From assembly GCA_934456365.1 (NCBI GenBank), contig CAKSHC010000002.1, positions 211,981-275,980 on the forward strand: 64,000 nucleotides of DNA, in the 5' to 3' direction. The position numbers and the translations under genes were made by a program. This DNA is from an uncultured Eubacteriales bacterium. GTDB lineage: Bacteria; Bacillota; Clostridia; Oscillospirales; UMGS1783. Under the pieces are notes generated by a model. That model ran no database searches. It was not told the origin of the DNA and saw only the letters and a program-made list of their open reading frames with translations. Below are positions 17,727-27,315 of this stretch, piece after piece; the first letter of the stretch is position 1; every line of letters starts with the position of its first letter.

Positions 17727-18884
17727 ATGGGCGATCAGCTGGAACAACTGAAAAAGGATCGCGAATATGTGGAAGAGCAGAACGAGAAGCTTCTGCCGCG
17801 GGACCTGCGCAAAAAACGGATCAACAAAATTTTGCTGACCGTTGTTTTCATCCTGTTCAACATCGGTGCGATCGTCGTTACGGGGATCCTGGATATCACC
17901 CGCGACTCTTCGTCCGCTTCGGACATTCAGATGCAGGATGTGAACCTTTTTTTCCTGTTTGCCGCCTTTGGCTGCCTGGCGCTGGCTCTGTTTTTGGAAT
18001 CCTTCAAATACCACGTGATGATGCGCGGCATGCTCGGCCGCTCCAACTTCAAGCATGCCTTTGAGGTGGCCGCTCTGGGGAAATACTACGACAGCGTGAC
18101 CCCCTCCGGCGCGGGCGGCCAGCCCTTCCAGATCTATTATCTGCGCAAGGCCGGCTATTCCGCCGGGGTGGCCGGGTCGCTTCCGGTGATGGGCTTTCTG
18201 TCCATGCAGGTCGGGTTTGTGATCCTGGCGGTGATCGCCATGATTTTCGGCGGCAGCTATCTTGCCGAAACTTTGGGTGACTACGCCTCCACCCTCAAGG
18301 CCGCCGCTTCGGTGGGCATTCTGTTTTACCTCTTCGTGCCGCTTGCCATCATCCTCTTCACCATCGCCCCGGGGCAGGTGACCCGCTTTCTGCGCTGGGG
18401 GCTGCGGCTTCTGGGAAAAATGCACCTCGTGAAAAACCCGGATGCCAAGGAAGCCAAAATGGTGGAATCGCTCAGCTCCTACCGCAGCAGCGTCATCGAA
18501 ATGGTCAAAATCCGCTTTCTGATCCCCAAGGTGCTTTTGATCGGGATCCTGTATCAGATCGCGCTCTGCTCCATCCCGTTTTTCGTGCTGCGCGCCTTCG
18601 GCAGCACCCACGGTTATTTTGCTTCCTTCTTTATCACGGTATACATCTACAGCTCCATCACCTTCATCCCCACCCCCGGCAACGCCGGCGCCGCCGAGGG
18701 CATCTTCTATGCCTGCTTCTCGCGGATGCTGAGCAAATACCTCTTCTGGGCGCAGATGATCTGGCGCTTCCTGAGCTATTATATCTTCCTTCTTCTGGGC
18801 GTTGGCATCTACGGCTTCAACGCCATCCAGTCCCGCCGCCGGGCCGCACAGGCCGGCCGGCTGCCCAAATCCCGCGATGAATAG
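17727..18884 (+). CDS. Flippase-like (LPG-synthase TM region / UPF0104) membrane protein
   Basis: Polytopic protein with the TPSGAGGQPFQIYYL motif typical of this family. Start set at ATG 17727 behind GGAGAGAG. The longer track ORF (from 16947) is a shadow of the antisense mrp gene. Confidence 0.8.
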   Translation: MGDQLEQLKKDREYVEEQNEKLLPRDLRKKRINKILLTVVFILFNIGAIVVTGILDITRDSSSASDIQMQDVNLFFLFAAFGCLALALFLESFKYHVMMRGMLGRSNFKHAFEVAALGKYYDSVTPSGAGGQPFQIYYLRKAGYSAGVAGSLPVMGFLSMQVGFVILAVIAMIFGGSYLAETLGDYASTLKAAASVGILFYLFVPLAIILFTIAPGQVTRFLRWGLRLLGKMHLVKNPDAKEAKMVESLSSYRSSVIEMVKIRFLIPKVLLIGILYQIALCSIPFFVLRAFGSTHGYFASFFITVYIYSSITFIPTPGNAGAAEGIFYACFSRMLSKYLFWAQMIWRFLSYYIFLLLGVGIYGFNAIQSRRRAAQAGRLPKSRDE

Positions 18885-20058
18885 CCTACGTACCGCTCAG
18901 TTTATCGACACCTTTTATCCCCACATCGATGGGGTCGTGCGCACCGTGGACCAGTATGCCTCCCGCCTGGCGGGAGAGGGGTGCACGGTTTTTGCCCCGC
19001 GCGCCCGCGCCTATCGTGCCCAGGCGGAAGACGATTTTCCCTATGAGGTGGTGCGCACCCAGGAGCTGCGCCTGCCCTTTGTGGACTACGGCTACCCGCT
19101 CCCCGAGCTTTCGGCGGGGCTGAAGGCGAAGATCGAAACCGGCGGATATGCGCTCTTTCATGCCCATTCGCCCTTTATGCTGGGACGCTATGCCGTGCGC
19201 CTGGGGCGTGAGCTGGGCGTGCCGGTGGTCGCCACCTTCCACAGCAAGTATTACGACGATTTTCAGCGCGTGACCGGCTCGAAGAAGCTGGCCGCCACCG
19301 TGACCCGCGGCATCGTGCGCTTCTATGAGAGCGCCGATGCGGTCTGGACCGTTTCCCCCGGCGCGGCCGCCACGCTGCGCGGCTACGGCTACCGCGGCGA
19401 GATCACGGTCATCCCCAACGGCACCGACCGCTCCCCGCTTCCCGATCGGGAAGAGCGGGTGCGCGCGGCGCGCGAAAAATTTCAGCTCCCGGCGGACAAG
19501 CACCTGCTTTTATACGTCGGGCAGATGGTTTGGCAGAAAAACCTCCGCCAGGTGCTCGATTCCTTTCGCCTGCTCTGCCGAGAAAGCGACGAGTACCGGC
19601 TGGTGATGGTCGGCTCCGGCTTTTATGAAAAGCAGATCCGCGAGTATGCCGGCGAGCTTCTGGAAACGGGGCGTGTTCTCTTTACCGGCAGCATCGCCGA
19701 CCCGACGGAGCTCAAAGCCGTTTACAGCGCCTGCGACCTCTTCTTCTTCCCCTCGCTGTACGACACCTTTTCGCTCGTGGTGCGCGAAGCCGCCGCCATG
19801 GAGCTGCCCTCGCTTCTGGTGCGGGGCGCCGACGCGGCCGACGGGGTGGCCGACGGGGAAAACGGCTATCTTGAAGAAAACGACGCGGCGCGCCTTGCCG
19901 CCAAAATCCGCCGCATCTTTGCCGACGAAGCCGCCCTTCGCGCGGCGGGGGTGCGCGCCGCCCAAACCCTCCCCGTTTCGTGGGACGAGGTGCTGGAGCG
20001 GGTGAAAGCGCAGTATGCCCGGGTGATCGAGGACTATGGACGAAATCAGACGCATTGA
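18877..20058 (+). CDS. Glycosyltransferase family 4
   Basis: GT-B fold signatures (IDGVVRTV..., FFFPSLYDTFSLVVREAAAMELP). ATG 18877 overlaps the upstream stop. Confidence 0.85.
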   Translation: MNSLRTAQFIDTFYPHIDGVVRTVDQYASRLAGEGCTVFAPRARAYRAQAEDDFPYEVVRTQELRLPFVDYGYPLPELSAGLKAKIETGGYALFHAHSPFMLGRYAVRLGRELGVPVVATFHSKYYDDFQRVTGSKKLAATVTRGIVRFYESADAVWTVSPGAAATLRGYGYRGEITVIPNGTDRSPLPDREERVRAAREKFQLPADKHLLLYVGQMVWQKNLRQVLDSFRLLCRESDEYRLVMVGSGFYEKQIREYAGELLETGRVLFTGSIADPTELKAVYSACDLFFFPSLYDTFSLVVREAAAMELPSLLVRGADAADGVADGENGYLEENDAARLAAKIRRIFADEAALRAAGVRAAQTLPVSWDEVLERVKAQYARVIEDYGRNQTH

Positions 20059-20857
20059 GCGCAGCATCATCACAACCTACCGCAAGGATATCTGGAATCG
20101 CTTCATTGAGGGGGTGAAAACCTACCGCCTCGTGCAGGAGGGCGACCGGATCGCCGTTTGCCTGTCCGGCGGAAAGGATTCGGCGCTGCTGGCCAAATGC
20201 ATGCAGGAGCTTCAGCGCCACGGTGAAGCAAAATTCGATCTCGAATATCTCGTGATGGATCCGGGCTACAGCCCCGAAAACCGCCGCCGCATCGAGGAAA
20301 ACTGCGCCCGCCTCGGCCTTTCGCCGCATATTTTTGAAACCGATATTTTTGAAAGCGTGGCCAGCGCCGGGGGCAGCCCCTGCTACCTCTGCGCCCGCAT
20401 GCGCCGGGGCTATCTCTATTCCTTCGCCAAGGAGCTCGGCTGCACCAAGATCGCCCTCGGGCATCATTTCGACGATGTGATCGAAACCACGCTTCTCGGC
20501 CTTCTCTACGGCGCGCAGGTGCAAACCATGCTTCCGCGCGTCAAATCCACCAATTTCTCCGGCATGGAGCTGATCCGCCCGCTTTACTGCGTGCGCGAGA
20601 GGGATATCGTCCGCTTCGCCAACCACAACGATCTCCATTTTCTCCGCTGCGCCTGCCGCCGCACCGAGCTCGACTCTGGCTGCGACGCGGCCGGGGTGAG
20701 CCGCCGCCGCGCCGTCAAGGAAATGATCGCCGCGCTGGAAAAGGAGAATCCGCAGGTCCCGATCAACATCTTCCGCGCCATGGAGCGGGTCAAGCTCTCC
20801 GAGGTGATCGGATATCGCGACCAAAGCGGCCTCCATCGGTTCGACGATTTCTATTAA
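20036..20857 (+). CDS. TtcA-family PP-loop ATPase (tRNA 2-thiocytidine synthase-like)
   Basis: PP-loop SGGKDS, CYLCARMRRG and C-terminal Cys pair. Confidence 0.85.
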   Translation: MDEIRRIERSIITTYRKDIWNRFIEGVKTYRLVQEGDRIAVCLSGGKDSALLAKCMQELQRHGEAKFDLEYLVMDPGYSPENRRRIEENCARLGLSPHIFETDIFESVASAGGSPCYLCARMRRGYLYSFAKELGCTKIALGHHFDDVIETTLLGLLYGAQVQTMLPRVKSTNFSGMELIRPLYCVRERDIVRFANHNDLHFLRCACRRTELDSGCDAAGVSRRRAVKEMIAALEKENPQVPINIFRAMERVKLSEVIGYRDQSGLHRFDDFY

Positions 20858-20863
20858 AACCGT

Positions 20864-20890
20864 AAAACCGCGCATTTTGCGCGGTTTTTT
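20864..20890 (+). terminator. Rho-independent terminator
   Basis: AAAACCGCGC-atttt-GCGCGGTTTT followed by TT. Confidence 0.8.
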
Positions 20891-20950
20891 CGTTGTGTTT
20901 TGCGATGGAGAATGCTATAATAAAGCCAACAAAGAAAGGATGGGGCATTT

Positions 20951-23068
20951 ATGAAAAAACGCTTCGTGGCCTTCCTCGCGCTGATCGCGCTTTTGCTGCC
21001 CGTCGGCTGCTCCGGCGCGCAGAGCTCGTCTTTGCCGCTGAGCGACGGCTGGATCGTCCGCGCCGAGCGCGGCGAAACCGACGGCTGGCAAAACGGGTTT
21101 TCCGAAAAGGATGAGAATCTGGACGGCGCCGAATGGGTTTGGTATTCGCGCCGCTTTTCTGCCTCTCTGAAAAGCGGCGGGCGGGTTTCGCTCGATCTGT
21201 GCGACCTCGGCCGCGAAGCCACCGTGTGGCTCGGCGGCGAGGAGATCGCCTCGCTGCCCGAGGGCGGCTCGGCCTGTCTGGATGTGACCGAGAAGATCCA
21301 CCGCAGCGGCGAGGGCGTGCTGGTCATCCGCGCCCGCGAGGCCTGCCGGGTCGACGCCACCGTGCTCTCGGTGCGCCCCGAGGTCTACCTCACCGCCCTT
21401 TCGGCCACAGGCCAGGACGGCGCTCTTTCGGTTACTGCCGGGGTGCGCCATACCGGCAAAAAGGAGGAAACCGTGCGCGCCGAATGGTCGCTGACTGATG
21501 ACCGCTCGGGTCAGATCCTCGCCTCCGGCTCGGAGGAATGGCTCCTTTCCCCCGGCGAGAGCGAGCAAACCTTCTCCCTTTCGCCGCAGGGCGCGCTCGA
21601 ATGGAAGCCGGAGGACCCGGCCTGTTCCACCCTGCTCCTTTCGATCACCGCCGCCCGGGAAACCGATTCCAAGGCCCTCGGCGCCGCCTTTGCCAAGCCC
21701 TCCTTTGATGGGGCGGCCTTCTGCCTCGGCGGGGAAAAGCTCTTTCTGCGCTCGGCGGTGATCCCGCGCGATGTGCTTTGCGAAACCGAAAAAATGCGCG
21801 CCTTTGTGGATTATGTGCAGATCCTCGGCTTCAATGCCGTTTACCCCGCCTCGGGCGCGCCCACGAGCGCCCTTTGCGACTACGCCCGCCTCAAGGGCCT
21901 GCTGGTGGATGACGGATCCGGCCTGACCGCCGGGCTCACCCGCGTCCCGCTCCCGGCCGGCGCGTCGCTGACCGGCACGGGCAGCGAATTTTCTCTCCCG
22001 GCGCAGATGCAGGTCGAGCGCGTCAATGAATGGTTTGCCAAGTGCTCGCTGGATCGGCTCTACACCACCCCCGAGGAGGCCTACCGCGCCGCGCAGAGAT
22101 CGGTCGTTTCCCGCGCCGCGGACACCCTTTCCGCCATCCTGCTGGAGGAACCCGAAACCGGGATCCGCTATGCCGGGCCGATCGCCATGCAGCCCGAGGG
22201 GATGGAGGAGATCTTCCCCGAAGCGCTCTCCGATCTGCGCTATGTGATTTCTCTTCCCGATTGTCTGGTGGCCGGCGAGGCCTTCCATCTTTCGCTTTCG
22301 CTGCTCAACCGCGGCGTCCTTTGGGACGGTGATTTTTCGGCCACGCTGAAGATCACCGGCGAGCGGGGCGTGCTCTTTGAGCGCACGGTGGCGGTGGAAA
22401 ATGTGGAGGGCGCCCAGCTTCTGATGGATCAGACCGCCCTTCCGGCGCTGGCCGCGGCCGGAGAATATACCGTTTCCATCGAAACCACCGGCGGCATCTA
22501 CCCGACCTGCCGCACCAAAACTCTTACCGTTTTGCCGCAGAGCTCCCTGGAAGCCACGCTCTACCAGCAGGGCCTCTCGGTGGGAGCGCGCACAGCCCTT
22601 GCCTCGGCCGGAGCCCGTCTGCTCCCGCTCGACGCCGCCTCCCTCTCCGAGGGCGAAACGGCGGTCGTGGCCGGAAAGGTGAGCGATTCGCTTTTGCTGG
22701 CGGTGCAGAAGGGCGCGTCGCTGGTGCTGATCGATCCGGACGGGGAAAATAAGCTTCCCTTCGACGGGCAGCTGATCGGCGGGATGAGCGAGGCGGCTTT
22801 GCTTCCCGGCCTCTCCTGCGGTCTTCCCGAAGGGGTGATTTCCGGATCCTTCGGCGGGCTGAGCCTGCGCGCCGGATGGCGCGGCGAGGGAGATTGCCTC
22901 TGCACCGGGCTCGGCTTCGACGCCGACGGGTTCCACTACGGCTCGGTCGTCACCGAATTTTCGTATGGCTCCGGTAAGCTGATTCTGATCACGGCGGATC
23001 TCCGCCGCTCCACCACCGAGGTCGGCAGCGCTTTGCTGACCGCCGCGATTGCGAGGGCTTTGGCATGA
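20951..23068 (+). CDS. Lipoprotein with GH2-like N-terminal sugar-binding domain (possibly non-catalytic)
   Basis: Lipobox LLPVGC. Jelly-roll-like segment WVWYSRRFSASL...ATVWLGGEEI. I do not see a clear NE acid/base motif. Confidence 0.7.
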   Translation: MKKRFVAFLALIALLLPVGCSGAQSSSLPLSDGWIVRAERGETDGWQNGFSEKDENLDGAEWVWYSRRFSASLKSGGRVSLDLCDLGREATVWLGGEEIASLPEGGSACLDVTEKIHRSGEGVLVIRAREACRVDATVLSVRPEVYLTALSATGQDGALSVTAGVRHTGKKEETVRAEWSLTDDRSGQILASGSEEWLLSPGESEQTFSLSPQGALEWKPEDPACSTLLLSITAARETDSKALGAAFAKPSFDGAAFCLGGEKLFLRSAVIPRDVLCETEKMRAFVDYVQILGFNAVYPASGAPTSALCDYARLKGLLVDDGSGLTAGLTRVPLPAGASLTGTGSEFSLPAQMQVERVNEWFAKCSLDRLYTTPEEAYRAAQRSVVSRAADTLSAILLEEPETGIRYAGPIAMQPEGMEEIFPEALSDLRYVISLPDCLVAGEAFHLSLSLLNRGVLWDGDFSATLKITGERGVLFERTVAVENVEGAQLLMDQTALPALAAAGEYTVSIETTGGIYPTCRTKTLTVLPQSSLEATLYQQGLSVGARTALASAGARLLPLDAASLSEGETAVVAGKVSDSLLLAVQKGASLVLIDPDGENKLPFDGQLIGGMSEAALLPGLSCGLPEGVISGSFGGLSLRAGWRGEGDCLCTGLGFDADGFHYGSVVTEFSYGSGKLILITADLRRSTTEVGSALLTAAIARALA

Positions 23069-25965
23069 AACGAAGCATTGGTTTGATCCTGGCGATCCTT
23101 CTTCTGCTGCCGCTTTTCCCGATCCGGGCGCAAGCCAAGGAGGAAACGCCCGCCGCGCTCTGCGGTGCCGCCCAGATCCTGCGCGAGGATTGGGCGATCT
23201 ATCCCGATCCCGACGATCGGGGCGAAAATGAGGAATGGTTCTGCGGTCTGCCCGGCGAGGGCGTTTCGGTCGACCTGCCGGCGACCAGCGCCAATGTGCA
23301 CCCCTATGCCATCAGCTGGTTTGCCCGCCGCTTTGTACCGGGGCAGAGTGTCGGGCCCGGCCAGCGCGCCATCCTCCATTTTGAGGCCTGCCAGTATATC
23401 GCCAAGGTTTGGCTCAACGGCTGCTACCTCGGCGACCACGAGGGCTCCTACGGAAAATTCTCCTTCGATGTGACCGCGCTTCTGCTCCCCGAGGAGGAGA
23501 ATCTGCTCGTGGTGCGGCTCTATTCCGCCGTGGAGGGAGCCACCGTGCGCGGCAAGGAGCATAATCAGCTGCCCCAGTGGGGCACGCGCGCGCAGTACAT
23601 CGGCGTGGCCCCCAGCCTCACCGTGACCCCCGAGGTCGCCATTGTCGACCTCTCGGTTTCCCCGCAGATCGCCACAGGCGAGCTCGAGCTGCAAATGGTT
23701 CTGAGCAACCCCACGGAGGAAACCTTCACCGTCCGCGCCGAAGGCACGGTCTATGCCCCCGAAGGGGCGCAGGTCGCGCAGGTGAGCGAGAGCTTCCGCG
23801 CCGTGCCCGGCCTGTCGCGCCATACCGTGACCGCCAAAATCTCCAACCCGCGCCTGTGGAGCCCCGACCATCCGGATTGCTACACCGTTTCGCTCACCAC
23901 CCGTGCCGAAGACAGCCCCTATGCCGACCGGGCCACCCGCCTTGTCGGCTTCTCGGAATGCAAGCTCGACAACGAGGGCTTTTTCCGCCTCAACGGCGAG
24001 CGCTTCTATCTGAAATCCTGCCACGTCACCACCTGGTCGGACGGGGTGGAAAATTCCGCCAACCTCTGGCGCGACACCGCCCGCTTCAAGCGTCAGATGG
24101 ACGCCTATAAAGCCGCCGGCTTCAATGCGGTGCGCTTCCTCGGCGGCCCGGCCATGCCCGAGCTGCTCGACTACTGCGATAAGATCGGCCTTCTGGTCTA
24201 TGAAGAAACGGCCATGTCCTGGAAAAAGGAAAGCACCGACGCCGAAGCCCTGATGCAGCGCGAGATCCGCCAGCTCCTCGAGCGCGACCGCAACCATCCC
24301 AGCTTCCTCATCCTCGGCCTGCTCAACGAAACCAAGCAGCCCAAAACCACCGAGGGCGATTCCAAGAGCCTCTACCGCAGCGCCGTGGATTCGCTCGACC
24401 TCATCCGCCGCTACGACGAGAGCGTGCTGGTTCTGCTCTCCTCCGGCCGCTGGGATGAAGACACGGCTACCGGCTCGGCCTCCAACCCCGGCAGCCGCAC
24501 CTGGGACGGGCTGCTCGGCGACGAGCGCCAGCGCGGGGCGACCGAGGGCGGCGATGTGCACTACTATCCCAACCTGCCCTATGCCTCCGAAGCCGCCGCC
24601 CGGATCGGCTCGCTCGGCGGCCGCCGCGCCGCCTTCCTGTCCGAAGCGGGAGCCGGCAGCGCCTCCAATATCATCCGCGCCTTCACCCTCTATCAGCAAA
24701 CCACCCGGGGCTCCTACGACCGGCTCAAAACCAATGCCGGCCAGCAGCAGGCCGCGCTGGAAGCCCTTTGGCCGGATTCCGGCCTGTCGGCGCTCTATCC
24801 GCTGCCCGAGGATCTGATCTTTGCCTCCGAGCGGCTCTCCTCCGCCGGGCGCGGCCTTTTGTTTGACTACATCCGCGCCAACCCGCAGATCAACGGCTAT
24901 TCCCTCACCATGGGGCTCGACGCCGCCTACCGCGGCGAGGGCGTGCTGGAGCCGACCGGCGAGTATAAGGCCGGGATGTTCTCCGCCCTGATCGACGGCT
25001 GGAACGACACCCGCCTGTGCCTGACCGTTTCCCGGCCGCTGCTGTATCGCTCCGAAAAGCTTTCGGTGCGCCTGTCGCTGTCCGACCTCGGCGCGCTGCC
25101 CGCCGGCAGCTATCCCGTCACGCTGCGCCTGTGCGGCGAGCAGGGAACCGTGTGGGAGCAGAGCCTGTCGGCCGACGTGCGCCGCAGCGGCTCGGGCGAT
25201 CCGATCTTCGCCACCAGCGTGTTCCATGGGGAGATCGACCTCTCCGAGCTGCCCGCCGGGAAATATCGGCTGGGCGCCTACCTCACCGGCCTCGGGCGCG
25301 GCGCCGTCAAAACCGTGACCGTCATGGCCCGGGAAGACCTTCCCGCTCTCTCGGGCACCGTTTACCAGAAATCCATGCCGGAGGAGGCCATCGCCCTGCT
25401 CGAAGGGCAGGGGCTCACGGTGCTTCCCTTCGACGGGAAGAATATCGTGCCCGGCAGCCTGGTGCTGCTCGGCGGCAAAAACCTCAACGATACCGACCGC
25501 GAGGCTCTTTGGGAAAGCGTGCGCGAAAGCGGCACCCGCGTCGCCGTGGTCAACCTCAAGGCCCTCGGCGACTGGGGCTATCTCAAGCTTCCCACCGAAG
25601 ACGCTGTGGCTGAAAAGAAGATGGAAAACTGGCTCTACCACTACGATACCGCGATCCTGCCCTGCGTTTTGACCGAGGGGCTGGAGTCCGGTCTGATGGA
25701 TCCCAATGTGTGGGGCGACCTGTGGCCGACCACCGGCCTCCCGCTTACGACCGCCGTGCAAACGCCCGCTTTGCAGTCCTTCTTCATCGGCGTGACCGGC
25801 GGTAAGGGCGACGGAACGCTCGACCACCTCTATCCCATGGCCGCCGTGCGCTACGGAGAGGGCGAGATTCTGGTCCACACCCTGCCCCTGCTCGACCACC
25901 TCGGCAATCCCATCGCCGACCGGCTTTTGTGCAATCTGATTCTGTGGGGAGGAAACGCCGCATGA
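23065..25965 (+). CDS. Secreted glycoside hydrolase family 2-like protein
   Basis: Signal peptide. GH2 hallmarks WFARRF...LHFEACQYIAKVWLNGCYLGDHEGSYGKFSFDVT and RDRNHPSFLILGLLNE. ATGA overlap with the upstream gene. Confidence 0.85.
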   Translation: MKRSIGLILAILLLLPLFPIRAQAKEETPAALCGAAQILREDWAIYPDPDDRGENEEWFCGLPGEGVSVDLPATSANVHPYAISWFARRFVPGQSVGPGQRAILHFEACQYIAKVWLNGCYLGDHEGSYGKFSFDVTALLLPEEENLLVVRLYSAVEGATVRGKEHNQLPQWGTRAQYIGVAPSLTVTPEVAIVDLSVSPQIATGELELQMVLSNPTEETFTVRAEGTVYAPEGAQVAQVSESFRAVPGLSRHTVTAKISNPRLWSPDHPDCYTVSLTTRAEDSPYADRATRLVGFSECKLDNEGFFRLNGERFYLKSCHVTTWSDGVENSANLWRDTARFKRQMDAYKAAGFNAVRFLGGPAMPELLDYCDKIGLLVYEETAMSWKKESTDAEALMQREIRQLLERDRNHPSFLILGLLNETKQPKTTEGDSKSLYRSAVDSLDLIRRYDESVLVLLSSGRWDEDTATGSASNPGSRTWDGLLGDERQRGATEGGDVHYYPNLPYASEAAARIGSLGGRRAAFLSEAGAGSASNIIRAFTLYQQTTRGSYDRLKTNAGQQQAALEALWPDSGLSALYPLPEDLIFASERLSSAGRGLLFDYIRANPQINGYSLTMGLDAAYRGEGVLEPTGEYKAGMFSALIDGWNDTRLCLTVSRPLLYRSEKLSVRLSLSDLGALPAGSYPVTLRLCGEQGTVWEQSLSADVRRSGSGDPIFATSVFHGEIDLSELPAGKYRLGAYLTGLGRGAVKTVTVMAREDLPALSGTVYQKSMPEEAIALLEGQGLTVLPFDGKNIVPGSLVLLGGKNLNDTDREALWESVRESGTRVAVVNLKALGDWGYLKLPTEDAVAEKKMENWLYHYDTAILPCVLTEGLESGLMDPNVWGDLWPTTGLPLTTAVQTPALQSFFIGVTGGKGDGTLDHLYPMAAVRYGEGEILVHTLPLLDHLGNPIADRLLCNLILWGGNAA

Positions 25966-26207
25966 AAAAGCTTCTGTCTTTGGCCGCCGCCGCGGCGGCA
26001 GTCGTTTTCCCGGTGTGCGCGCTCGACGAATCGATCCCCATCGAAAAAGCCCCGGAGATCCGCCTTGTCACAAGCGATCCCTCGGTTTCCATTCCCGCGG
26101 TGGTCATCGCCGGGGCGCTGGCCGTGATCTTTCTTTCGGCTGTGATCCTGACCGTCACGCTGCGCCGCTCATCTTCGCGAAAGGAGGAAGATTCCGATGA
26201 AGAATAA
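25962..26207 (+). CDS. Small secreted/membrane-anchored protein
   Basis: 81 aa with a signal-like N-terminus, one TM helix and an acidic tail. ATG 25962 overlaps the GH2 stop (ATGA). Confidence 0.55.
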   Translation: MKKLLSLAAAAAAVVFPVCALDESIPIEKAPEIRLVTSDPSVSIPAVVIAGALAVIFLSAVILTVTLRRSSSRKEEDSDEE

Positions 26208-26847
26208 GGCCTGGCTCTGCCTGCTCGCCGCCCTCCTTCTCCTCTCCCTCCCCGTCTGGGCCGCCCTGCCCGCCTCCACCCCCGCGATCAACGGGTCGCT
26301 CGACGGCGAGGCCTGGGTCGAGGCCGCGGCGCTGCCCGAGGGCACGCTCTACCTCTGCGCCGATTCGCATTCGCTCTATTTCGCTCTGACCCCCGCCGGA
26401 GAAAGCTTTTCCTTCTCGGTGCGCGCCGAGGGAAAGGAATCCCCCGTGTATACGGTTTCGAAAAAAGGCTCCGCGCTTTCCTTCGCCTGCTCGGGCTCCC
26501 TTTCCGAGCGCAGCCTTCCCGCCAGGGAAGACGGCGCGGCAGGGGATTGCTGGGAGTGGCGCATGCCCTTTTCGGCGCTGGGTCTTCTCCCCGGCGGCGA
26601 GGGCGAGCTCGTGGTCGGCGAACAAACCGTTGCCTTCTCGCTGCCCCAAACGGCCGAGATGGCCCGCCCCCATTTCGAAAACCGCACGCAGGAGCATGTG
26701 TCCGACGGCGTGATCGCCCTCGATTCGGTGGCCGATACCGATAAAAGCGCCGCCTTTCTGCTCACCACCGCCCTCATCATCACCCCCATCGCCCTCTTTT
26801 CGGCGCTGATCGCCGGGGTGGTCTGGGTGCGCAGCAAAAAAAGATAA
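26197..26847 (+). CDS. Secreted protein with C-terminal TM anchor (unknown function)
   Basis: Signal peptide LLLLSLPVWA. C-terminal helix followed by SKKR. Overlaps the upstream gene by 11 nt. Confidence 0.6.
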   Translation: MKNKAWLCLLAALLLLSLPVWAALPASTPAINGSLDGEAWVEAAALPEGTLYLCADSHSLYFALTPAGESFSFSVRAEGKESPVYTVSKKGSALSFACSGSLSERSLPAREDGAAGDCWEWRMPFSALGLLPGGEGELVVGEQTVAFSLPQTAEMARPHFENRTQEHVSDGVIALDSVADTDKSAAFLLTTALIITPIALFSALIAGVVWVRSKKR

Positions 26848-26865
26848 AAAATCCTCCTCCCGCTC

Positions 26866-26894
26866 TTGACAAAAGCCGCCCCCGGTGGTAGACT
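26866..26894 (+). promoter_or_regulatory. Sigma-A promoter of the ylxM-ffh operon
   Basis: TTGACA (26866-26871), 17 nt, TAGACT (26889-26894). Confidence 0.6.
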
Positions 26895-26931
26895 GTCATG
26901 AGTAAAGCGATCTACTTTACAGTTAAAGGAT

Positions 26932-27315
26932 GTGAGAGAAGTGCACGAAAAGGATCTGCGCATCGGGCTTCTGTGCGATTTCTACGGCAGATTGCTCACC
27001 CCGAAGCAGTACGAGGCGCTTTCTTACTACTATGACGACGACCTGAGCCTGTCCGAAATCGCCGATCAGGAGGGGATCACCCGCCAGGGCGTGCGCGACA
27101 GCATCAAGAAAGGCGAAGCGCTGCTGCTCGAGATGGAAGAGAAGCTGGGGCTTTGCGAAAAATTTTCGAAGATGGAAAGCGGCCTGCGGGAGATCCGCGA
27201 GGCAGCCGAAGCGATCCGCGAGCAAAACGGGCGGGGCGTGGTCAACGGCGTGATTGAAAATCAGGTGCGCCGCATCCTCGAAGCAGCCGAACGGATGAAT
27301 CAAGATGGCATTTGA
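26932..27315 (+). CDS. ylxM: YlxM/UPF0122 putative DNA-binding protein (SRP operon)
   Basis: LLCDFYGRLLTPKQYEALSYYYDDDLSLSEIA is typical of YlxM, and the gene sits directly upstream of ffh. The GTG start is uncertain: 26932, or 26941 with better RBS spacing. Confidence 0.85.
   Translation: MREVHEKDLRIGLLCDFYGRLLTPKQYEALSYYYDDDLSLSEIADQEGITRQGVRDSIKKGEALLLEMEEKLGLCEKFSKMESGLREIREAAEAIREQNGRGVVNGVIENQVRRILEAAERMNQDGI

Noticed and set aside
20915-25899. Minus-strand ORFs 20915..22936 (673 aa) and 22936..25899 (987 aa)
   Set aside because: They are antisense to the two GH2-like genes. Their composition is rich in Gly, Ala and Arg with no motifs. The plus-strand genes carry signal peptides and GH2 hallmarks.
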